DNA of 64,000 nucleotides from a virus: IMG/VR virus record IMGVR_UViG_3300042453_005424, positions 10,455 to 74,454 of that record; one strand, 5' to 3'. Shown piece by piece: positions 39,062 to 48,183 of this stretch (position 1 is its first letter; each line of letters starts with the position of its first letter). The notes under the pieces were generated by a model. It saw only the letters and a program-made list of their open reading frames with translations, ran no database searches and was not told where the DNA came from. The position numbers and the translations under genes were made by a program.

Positions 39062-40234
39062 ATGTCATTGGCCATCGAATCAGCAAAACTAACGAGAATA
39101 GAAGAAATATTAGTCACCCGAGAAACTTCTCCAGTTGAAAATCCACCTCCGAAACTGACTCAATATAAAAACTCGGTATGGGAAGGAGAGAGCGCGCCTA
39201 CCGAATACACAATCGCTAAGTTTATCGAAACAGAGCAATCCAGAACTCATTCAGACGAATTAGTCTCTTCCAAGGCTTCAACAGTATCTAGCAAGCCAGT
39301 TAAAGGCATACTCGATATAAACTGGGCGAATCCGAGGGATTGGGTTAGAAACTGGAAAGTTATTCCTCTCGACGAAAGACTGCTTATAAAAACATTGTTT
39401 ACCTCACCACTAGCCAAAAACGGAAATCGCTACGGGCTAAAGCGGTTTAATCTCGGAAGTCATCTAATGCAGTGCATAGGAGTCGATATGACCAACATTA
39501 TCGGAAACGGTATTTGTGCTGTGAAATCGAATCTAATAAACGAGCTGGGATACTATAGCGATTACTGCGCGAACAACCGGGCCATGGATCCTAAAACCTG
39601 CCGAAGGGCTTTTGCTAAATTCATGAAAGACAACAATCCTCAAAAACTGTTCGAATCTGGGTATGTAGCCTTTCACGCTGTTGTAAACTCCGGAGAAACC
39701 TTGAAACACTTGGATAACGATATCGAAAGCTATAAGAAGAAATTATGGAGCTTTTACGGAAAAAACTGTAAAGTTTTCCGAAAGCTGAAAAAGAAAAAAC
39801 TGGTTTCCTATATGATTTATGTTCACGAAATGTCTACTCGAAATCTTTTGAGCAAAGAGTTGAACCCGCATACGCACGTTATGTTCTTTTTCAAAGACCC
39901 TGGGCTCGGAGGTTCAGAGCTTGAATGGATGAGCCGTGAGATTGTCCGAGAGTTCAACAATATCTCTGAAGAAGGAATTATGAGTCCTAGCACCGAAGTA
40001 GTCGGGGACTCGGGCGAAAGAGCTGTTCGAGTAGCAAAAAAGTGGAACTCGAACACGAAGAAATCCGTAGGCTACTATTTCAGGGTATGTTCCACAGTAG
40101 AAAACTACCTGAAAGAAATAACCCCGGAAAACATACGAGAATTAAATATAGCCACTCGCGAAAATTGGTGGGTAGTTCGTCAACTTATGAGTGGAAAGTC
40201 CCAGCGGAGATTCGGTTATACAAGAATACGTTAG
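39062..40234 (+). CDS. HUH endonuclease, rolling-circle Rep-like
   Basis: YVHEMS...LNPHTHVMFF (HUH motif 2), SVGYYFR (Tyr motif 3) and an upstream Cys cluster. The ATG at 39062 is preferred over the TTG at 39026. Confidence 0.6.
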   Translation: MSLAIESAKLTRIEEILVTRETSPVENPPPKLTQYKNSVWEGESAPTEYTIAKFIETEQSRTHSDELVSSKASTVSSKPVKGILDINWANPRDWVRNWKVIPLDERLLIKTLFTSPLAKNGNRYGLKRFNLGSHLMQCIGVDMTNIIGNGICAVKSNLINELGYYSDYCANNRAMDPKTCRRAFAKFMKDNNPQKLFESGYVAFHAVVNSGETLKHLDNDIESYKKKLWSFYGKNCKVFRKLKKKKLVSYMIYVHEMSTRNLLSKELNPHTHVMFFFKDPGLGGSELEWMSREIVREFNNISEEGIMSPSTEVVGDSGERAVRVAKKWNSNTKKSVGYYFRVCSTVENYLKEITPENIRELNIATRENWWVVRQLMSGKSQRRFGYTRIR

Positions 40235-40304
40235 AAACAAGCGCGAACCAGTTTTGTTAAATAAAAGTTTTTACCTAGGCTTTCGAGCACGCACATCTAC
40301 TTTG

Positions 40305-40333
40305 TTGCAAACCACAAAAGATTTCGATACAAT
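40305..40333 (+). promoter_or_regulatory. Promoter TTGCAA-N17-TACAAT
   Basis: Read directly. Supports a start at 40374 rather than 40191. Confidence 0.65.
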
Positions 40334-40373
40334 TATAAAAACCGGAGCATACCCAAATTTTAACCAACAAACC

Positions 40374-42356
40374 ATGCACATTGATTCAACACACGCTCAC
40401 TCGCCGGAAAACGCCGAACTGAACAACACTATGGAAAAAGCGTCTCAAGAAAAAAAGGCGGTTACCTTAATAGAAGCCGCCATCGCGCCATTCTTAACCG
40501 GAGCTGTCGGAGCAGGAATTGGGGCTTTAGCCAACAAGGAGGATCGATCCGCTGGGGCACGGCGAGGAGCGTTAGTCGGAGCCTCGCTGCCTCTAGGAGC
40601 ACTCGGCGGTATAGTAGCTTCTGGAAATACCGGCGCTTTGGCAGGACCGTTAGCCGGGGCAGCTTTGGCTGGAGGAATAACACATCATCTCACAGGAAAG
40701 AATAAAACGGATGAGCGCCCGAAAGCTTCAGAGCTATCCGAAGAAGAAATCCTAGCTCAGCTCAACAGCACCGATCTGAGCAATTCGGAATTCGAACGAG
40801 GATTCAAAGAAGCTTGCGTAGAACTAGGTGCGGACCGAGAGTTCGCCGAAGGCTTTATCGCTCAAACAACAAAAGAAGCTGAAATCGCTGAAGGGCAGTA
40901 TTTAAACCATGTTCAAAACGAGCTTTCGAAGCTCGCTGAAGAATTCGGTGAAAACGCCAGCTTTTCCATAAGCGAAATCAACGAGTTTACTAAATCCATG
41001 AGCTTGTTTAAAGAGGCTGCGGAGAAAGAAGCAAGAATGTTCTGGAAAGGCCTCGAAGAAGAACTTCAAAAGCAAGGATACGACAGAGATTTTGTGGATG
41101 GAATGAAGTATGAGCTTACCTCCACGGAGTTAAATTCGATTATAGAGAATAACTTTGAAAAAAGTGCTAGCATGGGTTCTTTTTTAAGAATGGCTCTGAG
41201 TCCAACACTTTGGAAACGTCCAGGAGCGCAGCTTAAAGGAATAGGCGCCGGAATCACAAGTGGTGCGAAAGGAGTTCAGAAGTTCGTGAGTGATTTGGCA
41301 AAAGCTCCGGGCGGAGCCGTAACCAACCAAGCAGGCGAGGCTGTTATGCACAGTTCCGCGCCAAAACATATTCCGGGCTCGAGAACCAAAGCTTACGCAG
41401 ATGCTTACGAAGCAGCTCTCGGAGCAAAGCCGCTTGCCCCGAAAGGCCAAGGAATAATAGACTCAGCAAGAGACTCGGCTATTTCACAAGGAAGCACTGC
41501 ACTTAGAAGAACAGGTGACGATGCTTTTCAGCAGGAAATGTATAACCTGAGCCGTGAAGCCAGAAATAGCGGCCCTGGGGGCGCTGCGGCCCGGGATGCT
41601 CTCGATAGGTTAGGAAAAGGAGACTTCGGAGGGATTGCCGGGCGAATGGGTATGGACCCGACAAAAATGAACCAGTTCGCAGGAATGAGCGCAGATGATA
41701 TACGTAGAGCTAACATTCCGTCCGAGGATGTGCTCGGAGCGGCTCAGCGATACGGGGCCGATGCGACTGCGTCCGGGTTTAACATGAGTGGAATACCTAT
41801 GCCTAAAATGAACCCGAACGTGTTTCACGGAGGAGCCCCTAATCGTTGGTTTAGATTTTCTCCAGGAAAAGCTATGGGTTACGGGCTTACCGGAGCGCTA
41901 GGCGGGTCTATGCTCGGACCTCTAGGAACTGTGGCAGGAGGGCTGGGCGGAGCAGCTCTCGGAGGCTTGGGTGTGGGGGGAGCAGCCCTCGGAACCGGAG
42001 CCGCGGCAGCAGCAGGAACCTACGGGGCTGGAAAAGTCCTAGGGCTCTGGGGGAAAGACAAAGCTACCGATTTGAGCGGCGCCCCAACGGACCGGAATAG
42101 AGCTATTCCGATGCTTAAAAACAATTGGACCGGAGGCGTGGGTGGTCTCATAGTTGCGAGTTTGCTCGCGAATCAATTAGGGCTTCAAGGACCTATGGCA
42201 TGGATTGTTCCTCTCCTGGGCGGAGTGCTTGGGTACAACTATTTTCCGCAGCTTATGAACAAATGGAAAGACCCTTACGGCTACGGAGCAAACGCAGTCT
42301 CGGGCGGAGCAGCTTTCCAGAACGCGGCCTCGCCGATAACTCCTAGGCAACCATGA
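40374..42356 (+). CDS. Large multi-module head-cargo protein with glycine zippers
   Basis: EKKA, FERGFKEACVELG, FWKGLEEELQKQG, EKSA, and several GxxxG zipper tracts. Confidence 0.6.
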   Translation: MHIDSTHAHSPENAELNNTMEKASQEKKAVTLIEAAIAPFLTGAVGAGIGALANKEDRSAGARRGALVGASLPLGALGGIVASGNTGALAGPLAGAALAGGITHHLTGKNKTDERPKASELSEEEILAQLNSTDLSNSEFERGFKEACVELGADREFAEGFIAQTTKEAEIAEGQYLNHVQNELSKLAEEFGENASFSISEINEFTKSMSLFKEAAEKEARMFWKGLEEELQKQGYDRDFVDGMKYELTSTELNSIIENNFEKSASMGSFLRMALSPTLWKRPGAQLKGIGAGITSGAKGVQKFVSDLAKAPGGAVTNQAGEAVMHSSAPKHIPGSRTKAYADAYEAALGAKPLAPKGQGIIDSARDSAISQGSTALRRTGDDAFQQEMYNLSREARNSGPGGAAARDALDRLGKGDFGGIAGRMGMDPTKMNQFAGMSADDIRRANIPSEDVLGAAQRYGADATASGFNMSGIPMPKMNPNVFHGGAPNRWFRFSPGKAMGYGLTGALGGSMLGPLGTVAGGLGGAALGGLGVGGAALGTGAAAAAGTYGAGKVLGLWGKDKATDLSGAPTDRNRAIPMLKNNWTGGVGGLIVASLLANQLGLQGPMAWIVPLLGGVLGYNYFPQLMNKWKDPYGYGANAVSGGAAFQNAASPITPRQP

Positions 42357-42934
42357 TGTATCTCCACCTAGATTCTTTTATTGCCGGGGTTGTGCAAGGA
42401 CTTAAAAAGGAAGCCGGTGTGGACATGGGTGCTATGCCTATAAACGAAAATATCCTCCCGAATATCTCTTCTCAAGCCAAATGGAGATATGTAAAAACAA
42501 AAGATGGTCTTCGGCTTACGGATGGAAATCACGTGTATACTTTCGGAATTCCTGAAGAATACCCTCAAGAGAGCTCTAGAGTTCTTCGAATGAACGACGA
42601 AAATTTATTGAATTTCGAGGCCGACGCTCTCTCGAAAGGAACCGCACAAATACATCGTGCCTCTCCTGACAATATATATCTTACTTTGGCCGACGGAGAA
42701 AAAAATCCTACCTTCGCACTTCAGCACGAAACAGAGAAGCAATGGCGGTATACTCCATCTAAAAAGTTTGTGGAAAAATTGCGAGCCTCTGGTGCTCCAG
42801 TCAGTGCGCCCTCTTCTCTCAGTGAAACCGAGAAAAGCCATGCCGGGGAAAATTTAACGCTAATCAGCCCAGAAAGCCTTTTGGATGGAGGAAAGGACGA
42901 GCTCAGAAATTCTTTTGAACCTTCGAGAGGCTAA
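42353..42934 (+). CDS. Hypothetical protein with N-terminal FxxG...KxA module
   Basis: SFIAGVVQGLKKEAG. Confidence 0.6.
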   Translation: MMYLHLDSFIAGVVQGLKKEAGVDMGAMPINENILPNISSQAKWRYVKTKDGLRLTDGNHVYTFGIPEEYPQESSRVLRMNDENLLNFEADALSKGTAQIHRASPDNIYLTLADGEKNPTFALQHETEKQWRYTPSKKFVEKLRASGAPVSAPSSLSETEKSHAGENLTLISPESLLDGGKDELRNSFEPSRG

Positions 42935-42940
42935 AGCGCC

Positions 42941-43333
42941 ATGAACAAAACAGCTTTTCCAGAGTTAAATACTTCTCCTTTTAGTATCGGAGGAAGATCT
43001 CCATACGGGCGCCCTCTTATGGGACCTGACATGATTAGCGATCCGGTTAAAGTTATGCAGCTCGTAAGTCAAGACAAAGGGATATCCCGCGGGCAAAAAC
43101 AATCAGTTATTACTATGCTTAATTCTCCGGAATTCGTGGACCATATACTGGTAGGTGCTGCCGGAGCAGCGTTAGGGAATGCTATAGCCAAATATTCAAA
43201 TATACCTCAACCGGCTAGAACTTTGTTGAGCTTGGCGGGCTTCGGAATAGGTAATATAATATACAACACATTACAAAACAGAGAATTTATTTCTTATGAC
43301 CAAGAAACAGCCAAAGCAAAAATAAAATTATAA
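42941..43333 (+). CDS. Hypothetical protein, MNKTA start plus Gly-zipper
   Basis: MNKTAF, GAAGAALG, AGFGIG. Confidence 0.6.
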   Translation: MNKTAFPELNTSPFSIGGRSPYGRPLMGPDMISDPVKVMQLVSQDKGISRGQKQSVITMLNSPEFVDHILVGAAGAALGNAIAKYSNIPQPARTLLSLAGFGIGNIIYNTLQNREFISYDQETAKAKIKL

Positions 43334-43337
43334 AATT

Positions 43338-43694
43338 ATGGAATTAACAGAATATTCATCAGCAATTAAAAACGAGCTAGCTTTGGAGTTAGCTAAAAAT
43401 GGCCACACGCTCGAAGATTTCGAAAACGGTCTAGCTTCCTTGAACACAGGCGAAGGTGTTTTAAAAGTTGCTACAATCGAGGCCGGACTACTTCCGGGAG
43501 TTTTGAGCGGTGTTCAACAAGCTCCGGGACTCATATTCAAAACATTTGCCGCTGGTGGAGCTTTAGGAGGTTTAGCTGCGGACGAAATGGACAGCTCTGT
43601 AGACGAATTGAATAAATCGCTTGACCGAGAGCGTGAAAAGATTAAATTAGTCAAAAGAATCACTGAAAACTTAAAGAGAGAGCATGGGTTATAA
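43338..43694 (+). CDS. Hypothetical protein (KxA, Gly-zipper)
   Basis: LKVA, AAGGALGGLA. Confidence 0.6.
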   Translation: MELTEYSSAIKNELALELAKNGHTLEDFENGLASLNTGEGVLKVATIEAGLLPGVLSGVQQAPGLIFKTFAAGGALGGLAADEMDSSVDELNKSLDREREKIKLVKRITENLKREHGL

Positions 43695-44079
43695 TCAAGA
43701 CTACACAGCAAAACAGTCCGAAGCCACCGAGCACTTTGATTTCGGGAGTTCGTCAGGCGACCCGCTTAATTCCGTAAGCAGAAAACGAAACATCCGAAAC
43801 GAAGTGACTAACAAGGGAGGATTCGACCCTGAGGTAATCATCGATGCGTTCGAAAAATCTAGAGGAATTCGCTCCCGGCAAAAGAACGAGTTAGAAAATT
43901 ATAAATTTAAAAACATTATATTAGACCCTGAGAAACAAAAGGATCAAGATATGCTTAATGAGTTGATGAACAATAAGAAATATCTTATTACTTTATGGAA
44001 AGACACGTGGACGCAGCAGGGAAGTTTTCGAGTATTTATTATATACGGCGCGAAAGAAGACGAATCAGCTAAAACGTAA
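43684..44079 (+). CDS. Hypothetical protein
   Basis: 131-aa ORF. Confidence 0.6.
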   Translation: MGYNQDYTAKQSEATEHFDFGSSSGDPLNSVSRKRNIRNEVTNKGGFDPEVIIDAFEKSRGIRSRQKNELENYKFKNIILDPEKQKDQDMLNELMNNKKYLITLWKDTWTQQGSFRVFIIYGAKEDESAKT

Positions 44080-44173
44080 CAAAAATCTCGGGCGAAGAAT
44101 CATTTCGAGCCGGACTGCGTAGAATTTGATTTACTTATAAACACCTATAATTGTATACTGTAGATGAATACTT

Positions 44174-45355
44174 ATGAACGAACAGATCCGGAATTTATTA
44201 AAAAAATCGCGTTGTTGGGAAGGTTATAAGCCTGTTCCAGGTAAAAAGCCTTATACCAAAGATTCTTGTGCGCCGGTGGAAAAGAAGGACCCGGAGAAAG
44301 CAGGTAGCACCAACATTCCACTCTCACCTGAAGAGAGCTATCTGGCTTCGCAGTTAATAGGAAAAAGTCTTTTTAGCGCTATCCAATTAGCTAAAGAAAA
44401 AGAAAGACAACAGAACATTTTAAGCCAAGAGCTGATAGGTGCAGACGGGGGAGATATATTACGTATTCCTATACCTAAGAAACTTCTGCCTAATCCTACA
44501 GGGCAGAAACAAGCCTCTCATACTCCTTCGCCAGAAGCTATGTCAGCTATGCAGGATTTAATAGCTTATAATAATTATGTTCGTAAACACGGTAATCCTG
44601 ATGCTTATGATGAAAAAATAAGACGAGGATTAGATCCGTTACTTAATAGGGTTTCGATGTCGCAGGGTAACCTGCACCGTTTAGGTGATGCCGGGATTAT
44701 GTCTATTTTTCCTTTTGGAAAAGCACATAAACAAAGAAAACAATACGACCAAGACATAGACTGGATCAATAGCGAGTTGAAGAAATCCGCAAACGACGAT
44801 TATTCTGATGCGCTTCACACGAACCACGAACCTGGTGTTTTAGCCCGAGCGCTGAAGTTAAATACACACCCTGTTAAAAAAATAATGGGAATGCAGAGCG
44901 GATTTCGCGACGCTAAAAAAGAATTTTATTTCCAAGAAAAAGCGCAAATTGCCCAAGAGCTGATGAATGCTCAAAAAGAATACATTGAGCTTCTGGAAAG
45001 AATCAAAACCGGTGAAGAAAAGCTCGGTAAAGCCTCGAGTACTCCATGTGTTGACGCTTTTTGCAACGGAATAGCCCATAGCGCGCTTTTTGGAGAGGAG
45101 GCTGCGGCAAAAACCGCTGGTGCTGAAAACGTGGATATCTCCGACGGATCAATAAACCGTCTGCTGAAAGATACTTTTAGCGCAGTGAAAAAACCTTTTC
45201 AACCTGCGGTAGATACTGCGGCAAGCGGGTTACTTGCCACTTCGGCTGGAACAGCATATTTAACATATTTATTGCGTAAAAGAATGCGTGAAGAACCTGA
45301 AAAATATATGCAGGAAAAATTGCCTACCAGAGTGGAGCTGCAGCCTTATGAGTAA
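44174..45355 (+). CDS. Multi-module putative head protein
   Basis: LKKS-RCWEGYKPVPGKKPYTKDSC, QKQAS, LKKSA, AKTAG. Confidence 0.6.
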   Translation: MNEQIRNLLKKSRCWEGYKPVPGKKPYTKDSCAPVEKKDPEKAGSTNIPLSPEESYLASQLIGKSLFSAIQLAKEKERQQNILSQELIGADGGDILRIPIPKKLLPNPTGQKQASHTPSPEAMSAMQDLIAYNNYVRKHGNPDAYDEKIRRGLDPLLNRVSMSQGNLHRLGDAGIMSIFPFGKAHKQRKQYDQDIDWINSELKKSANDDYSDALHTNHEPGVLARALKLNTHPVKKIMGMQSGFRDAKKEFYFQEKAQIAQELMNAQKEYIELLERIKTGEEKLGKASSTPCVDAFCNGIAHSALFGEEAAAKTAGAENVDISDGSINRLLKDTFSAVKKPFQPAVDTAASGLLATSAGTAYLTYLLRKRMREEPEKYMQEKLPTRVELQPYE

Positions 45356-45707
45356 CCTCAAAGCAGCTTTTAACGCGGGGTTTTTAAAACGTGCCGAGGC
45401 TCGAGGTTTTCGAGAAGATCAGGCAGCCATGCTTCTAGGCAAAACAGCAGGAAACGGTGCATTGATAGGACGATTAATGAGTACAGCAAAAAACCTCCAC
45501 AATGTTTGGCCAGCCATGTCTAAAACAAGCCCTGCGGCATACGATAAAATGTATAATACGTATAATACACTCAAAGGGCTCATGAGCCAGGGAATAGCTC
45601 CCAAAACAAACCCTAGCAGAAGAACAATACAGGCTGATTATACTAGGCTGTTGAAACACCGAGTGAATAATTTGAATCCCCAGGCGAGCAAACTTCAATC
45701 AAAGTAA
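45348..45707 (+). CDS. Putative head-cargo protein (FxxGF...KxA module)
   Basis: MSNLKAAFNAGFLKRAEARGFREDQAAMLLGKTAG. Start revised from 45288. Confidence 0.6.
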   Translation: MSNLKAAFNAGFLKRAEARGFREDQAAMLLGKTAGNGALIGRLMSTAKNLHNVWPAMSKTSPAAYDKMYNTYNTLKGLMSQGIAPKTNPSRRTIQADYTRLLKHRVNNLNPQASKLQSK

Positions 45708-45714
45708 CTGCACA

Positions 45715-46338
45715 ATGAATTTAGACTGGACTGCATGCAATAAAGGAATAGCTGATGAACTAGAGAAACACGCCCGCTGGGGAGCTATTGGTAACGCAGC
45801 TAAGCAAGTTTTTAATTTAGGCAGAAAAGCTTTTTTACCTGCAGCCGCCGCTGGTGGTGCTTTTACGTTAGGAAAAGGTTTGTATAACAAATATAGGGAT
45901 ATCACAGGAACTATAGACGGTGTAGGAAATGCTATAAACAAGCTGGCTCCGGTAGGCCTTATGGCTATGCTGGCATCAGGTATGCGCAAAAGCGCACCCC
46001 AACTTCCCACACCTGCGCCTAGAGGAGCCTTTGATGCTAAGTCTTTATTGGGTGTTAACCCTGCCGGGGTGTCTACACTAACCTCACCTAAAGTAGGTCC
46101 TATGAATATAAAAATTGCGAATCCTCTTTATGACCCTTTGCTTTGGGCTGCGAGAAATCGCGTAGCTAACCATGTTTTAAACGAAGTAACAAAGACAAGT
46201 CCGTCAGGGGCTGGTGAAAGAGCAAAACTAACCGAAGAAAATCCTAAAAAAATTGAATTAACCTCTAAATATCCTGAGCTTGCAAAGTTATTAGAAGACG
46301 AAGAAAACAAAGCTTATTTAAACAAATTGCTAGCATAA
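45715..46338 (+). CDS. Putative head-cargo protein
   Basis: CNKGIADELEKHA, IKIA, Gly/Ala helices. Confidence 0.6.
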   Translation: MNLDWTACNKGIADELEKHARWGAIGNAAKQVFNLGRKAFLPAAAAGGAFTLGKGLYNKYRDITGTIDGVGNAINKLAPVGLMAMLASGMRKSAPQLPTPAPRGAFDAKSLLGVNPAGVSTLTSPKVGPMNIKIANPLYDPLLWAARNRVANHVLNEVTKTSPSGAGERAKLTEENPKKIELTSKYPELAKLLEDEENKAYLNKLLA

Positions 46339-46387
46339 TAATAATTGCTTGCACTGATGCTCCGGAAAGATTAGTTTAATTTTAATT

Positions 46388-46615
46388 ATGCCGGCAGAAA
46401 ATAAGCAAATATATATCCCAGAGCTGTTCGTCAAAGGAACATACATAGAAGAAGTGGGTACAGCACAAGATAAAGTGGTTTATCCAGGAGCGGAATTCAA
46501 CATAGCGTTAACTATGAAAGATTTTGAAAATTCGGAAGATTACCACACAGTATGGATAGCGATAACAAAAGCGATTAAATCAAAACTAAACAATGGAAAC
46601 CTCACCTGCCCCTAA
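46388..46615 (+). CDS. Hypothetical protein
   Basis: 75-aa ORF. Confidence 0.5.
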   Translation: MPAENKQIYIPELFVKGTYIEEVGTAQDKVVYPGAEFNIALTMKDFENSEDYHTVWIAITKAIKSKLNNGNLTCP

Positions 46616-47258
46616 AAATACGCGAGCACTTTTTGACCCAGAAAATTTGCGTAATATGTTGTTTGAAACTGCTGTAAGCAGTTTTGATAAAAAGTTAAAT
46701 GCTATCGAAACGCCAGACTTTAAATTAGTCGCTAAAAATTTAACAGTTGAGGTCCCGCAGATAACTATATCAGCGCAAAAAAAAGCTATTTTAGAAAAAA
46801 AGGATCTAACCGTACCACTCAAAGGAACCGTAGATCTTATACATAAGCCGACAGGAAAAGTGGTAGAAACCAAGAAAACAACGATTGCGCAAATTCCGTA
46901 TGTAACAAATCATAATACTGTAATATATAATGGTTCAGAGTATGAGCCTGTTAACCAACAACGGCTTCTCCCAGGTATATACTCCAGAATAAGGCAAGAC
47001 GGTATAGCTGAAGCCCACATCAATCCTGAAAGTAGAACAGGTATGGCTGGCAGGATATTGTTTTTGCCGGATAAACAACTATTCGTTTTTATGGTGAGAA
47101 ATTCTCAAATAAAGCTCTACGGAATTTTACACGACCTAGGAATACCTGACGCTATGATAAAAAAAGCTTGGGGAGAAAAAATTTACTCAGCTAATAGAAT
47201 ATTTTATACAGGAGATGAAATTGACAAGCTCTACGGTGTGCTTATCGGAGATGAATGA
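46593..47258 (+). CDS. RNA polymerase beta subunit, N-terminal part
   Basis: LTVPLKG...IAQIPYVTNHNTVIYNGSEYEPVNQQRLLPGIY matches RpoB [33 protein letters not shown]. Confidence 0.85.
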   Translation: METSPAPKNTRALFDPENLRNMLFETAVSSFDKKLNAIETPDFKLVAKNLTVEVPQITISAQKKAILEKKDLTVPLKGTVDLIHKPTGKVVETKKTTIAQIPYVTNHNTVIYNGSEYEPVNQQRLLPGIYSRIRQDGIAEAHINPESRTGMAGRILFLPDKQLFVFMVRNSQIKLYGILHDLGIPDAMIKKAWGEKIYSANRIFYTGDEIDKLYGVLIGDE

Positions 47259-47405
47259 TATTATGTAGTTGCGAGCTGCAAGAAACATGATACAATAATT
47301 AATAGCAATGGAGCAGATCCTCGATCCCTCTGGGAAATAGCAAAATATTTCCTGTTGCGTTTGGACTTTTCGTTGCTATATTAACAATCAACCAAACTTA
47401 AATAT

Positions 47406-47801
47406 ATGGCAGACAAAAACATTAAAAAAACCAAAGTAGCCACCCACGATGTTGGAGGGCTCAAAAGCACAAGATACGAAAAAATTCAAGTAAGCTATGG
47501 AACAATTGCCACGACAGATTGGACATGGGGAACGACTGGTGCCGGAGATGACGTACTGATCTTTTCCGAAGTTCCTTCTCAGGATATTATTCGCGCCACG
47601 ATCGTACTTCACCGTACAAGCCCTGTTGTTTTGGATATCTATCCCGGAACAAATACAGCTGCAGTGATTGACTGGGTTGTCGGAGGAACAGCTGCTGATC
47701 GCCCGCAGATTAGTTATGTTATCAACTATGTTCGAGGAACAGGTTCGGTAGGAACTTCTGGCCCCGGAGATCTTCTTCGCGTTAGACCTAAAGTTTCCTA
47801 A
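47406..47801 (+). CDS. Hypothetical beta-rich (possibly virion) protein, monocistronic
   Basis: Has promoter-like sequences upstream and a strong terminator. Confidence 0.6.
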   Translation: MADKNIKKTKVATHDVGGLKSTRYEKIQVSYGTIATTDWTWGTTGAGDDVLIFSEVPSQDIIRATIVLHRTSPVVLDIYPGTNTAAVIDWVVGGTAADRPQISYVINYVRGTGSVGTSGPGDLLRVRPKVS

Positions 47802-47828
47802 AAAACTTACTGTAATCGTAGCTATTAT

Positions 47829-47853
47829 AAAAAGGGCCTTCGGGCCCTTTTTT
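47829..47853 (+). terminator. Rho-independent terminator
   Basis: AAAAAGGGCC-TTCG-GGCCCTTTTTT. Confidence 0.9.
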
Positions 47854-47985
47854 AGTAGCTTATAAAATTTGCTTAATTTTTTGCTTGCAGCCGAACAGAT
47901 TTTATTGAATATTGGAGCAAGCTTTTAAATCGCCGGTAATAAATAGCTACTTAAAATTTTAATCTTAATCTTATACTGTATAAAA

Positions 47986-48153
47986 ATGCCTGAACCTTTA
48001 AGCACAAAAGAAAAAGTTTTTAACCTAGTTATAGAATTAGAGGATATTAAAAAAGCCAAAAGATCCGCAGTAAAAAGTTATAACGAAGATATCAAAAGAA
48101 TCTCTGATGAAATAAAAGAACTTATTGACGGCGAGGATGAAAAAAAGGCCTAA
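47986..48153 (+). CDS. Small 55-aa coiled-coil protein (not in ORF track)
   Basis: MPEPLSTKEKVFNLVIELEDIKKAKRSAVKSYNEDIKRISDEIKELIDGEDEKKA. TATACT lies 8 nt upstream. Confidence 0.6.
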   Translation: MPEPLSTKEKVFNLVIELEDIKKAKRSAVKSYNEDIKRISDEIKELIDGEDEKKA

Positions 48154-48183
48154 CCGTTTTAACTTAAACATAATAATAATTTA

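Noticed and set aside
38851-39117. 88-aa minus-strand ORF at the strand switch
   Set aside because: It overlaps the HUH gene start and promoter region, and has no recognisable features.
40191-40373. N-terminal extension of the 721-aa ORF
   Set aside because: It overlaps the HUH gene and contains a good promoter (40305-40333). The start at 40374 is preferred.
47259-47405. Possible tRNA or small RNA in the intergenic gap
   Set aside because: Only a short GGAAATA/TATTTCC hairpin and promoter-like boxes. No cloverleaf or T-loop consensus.
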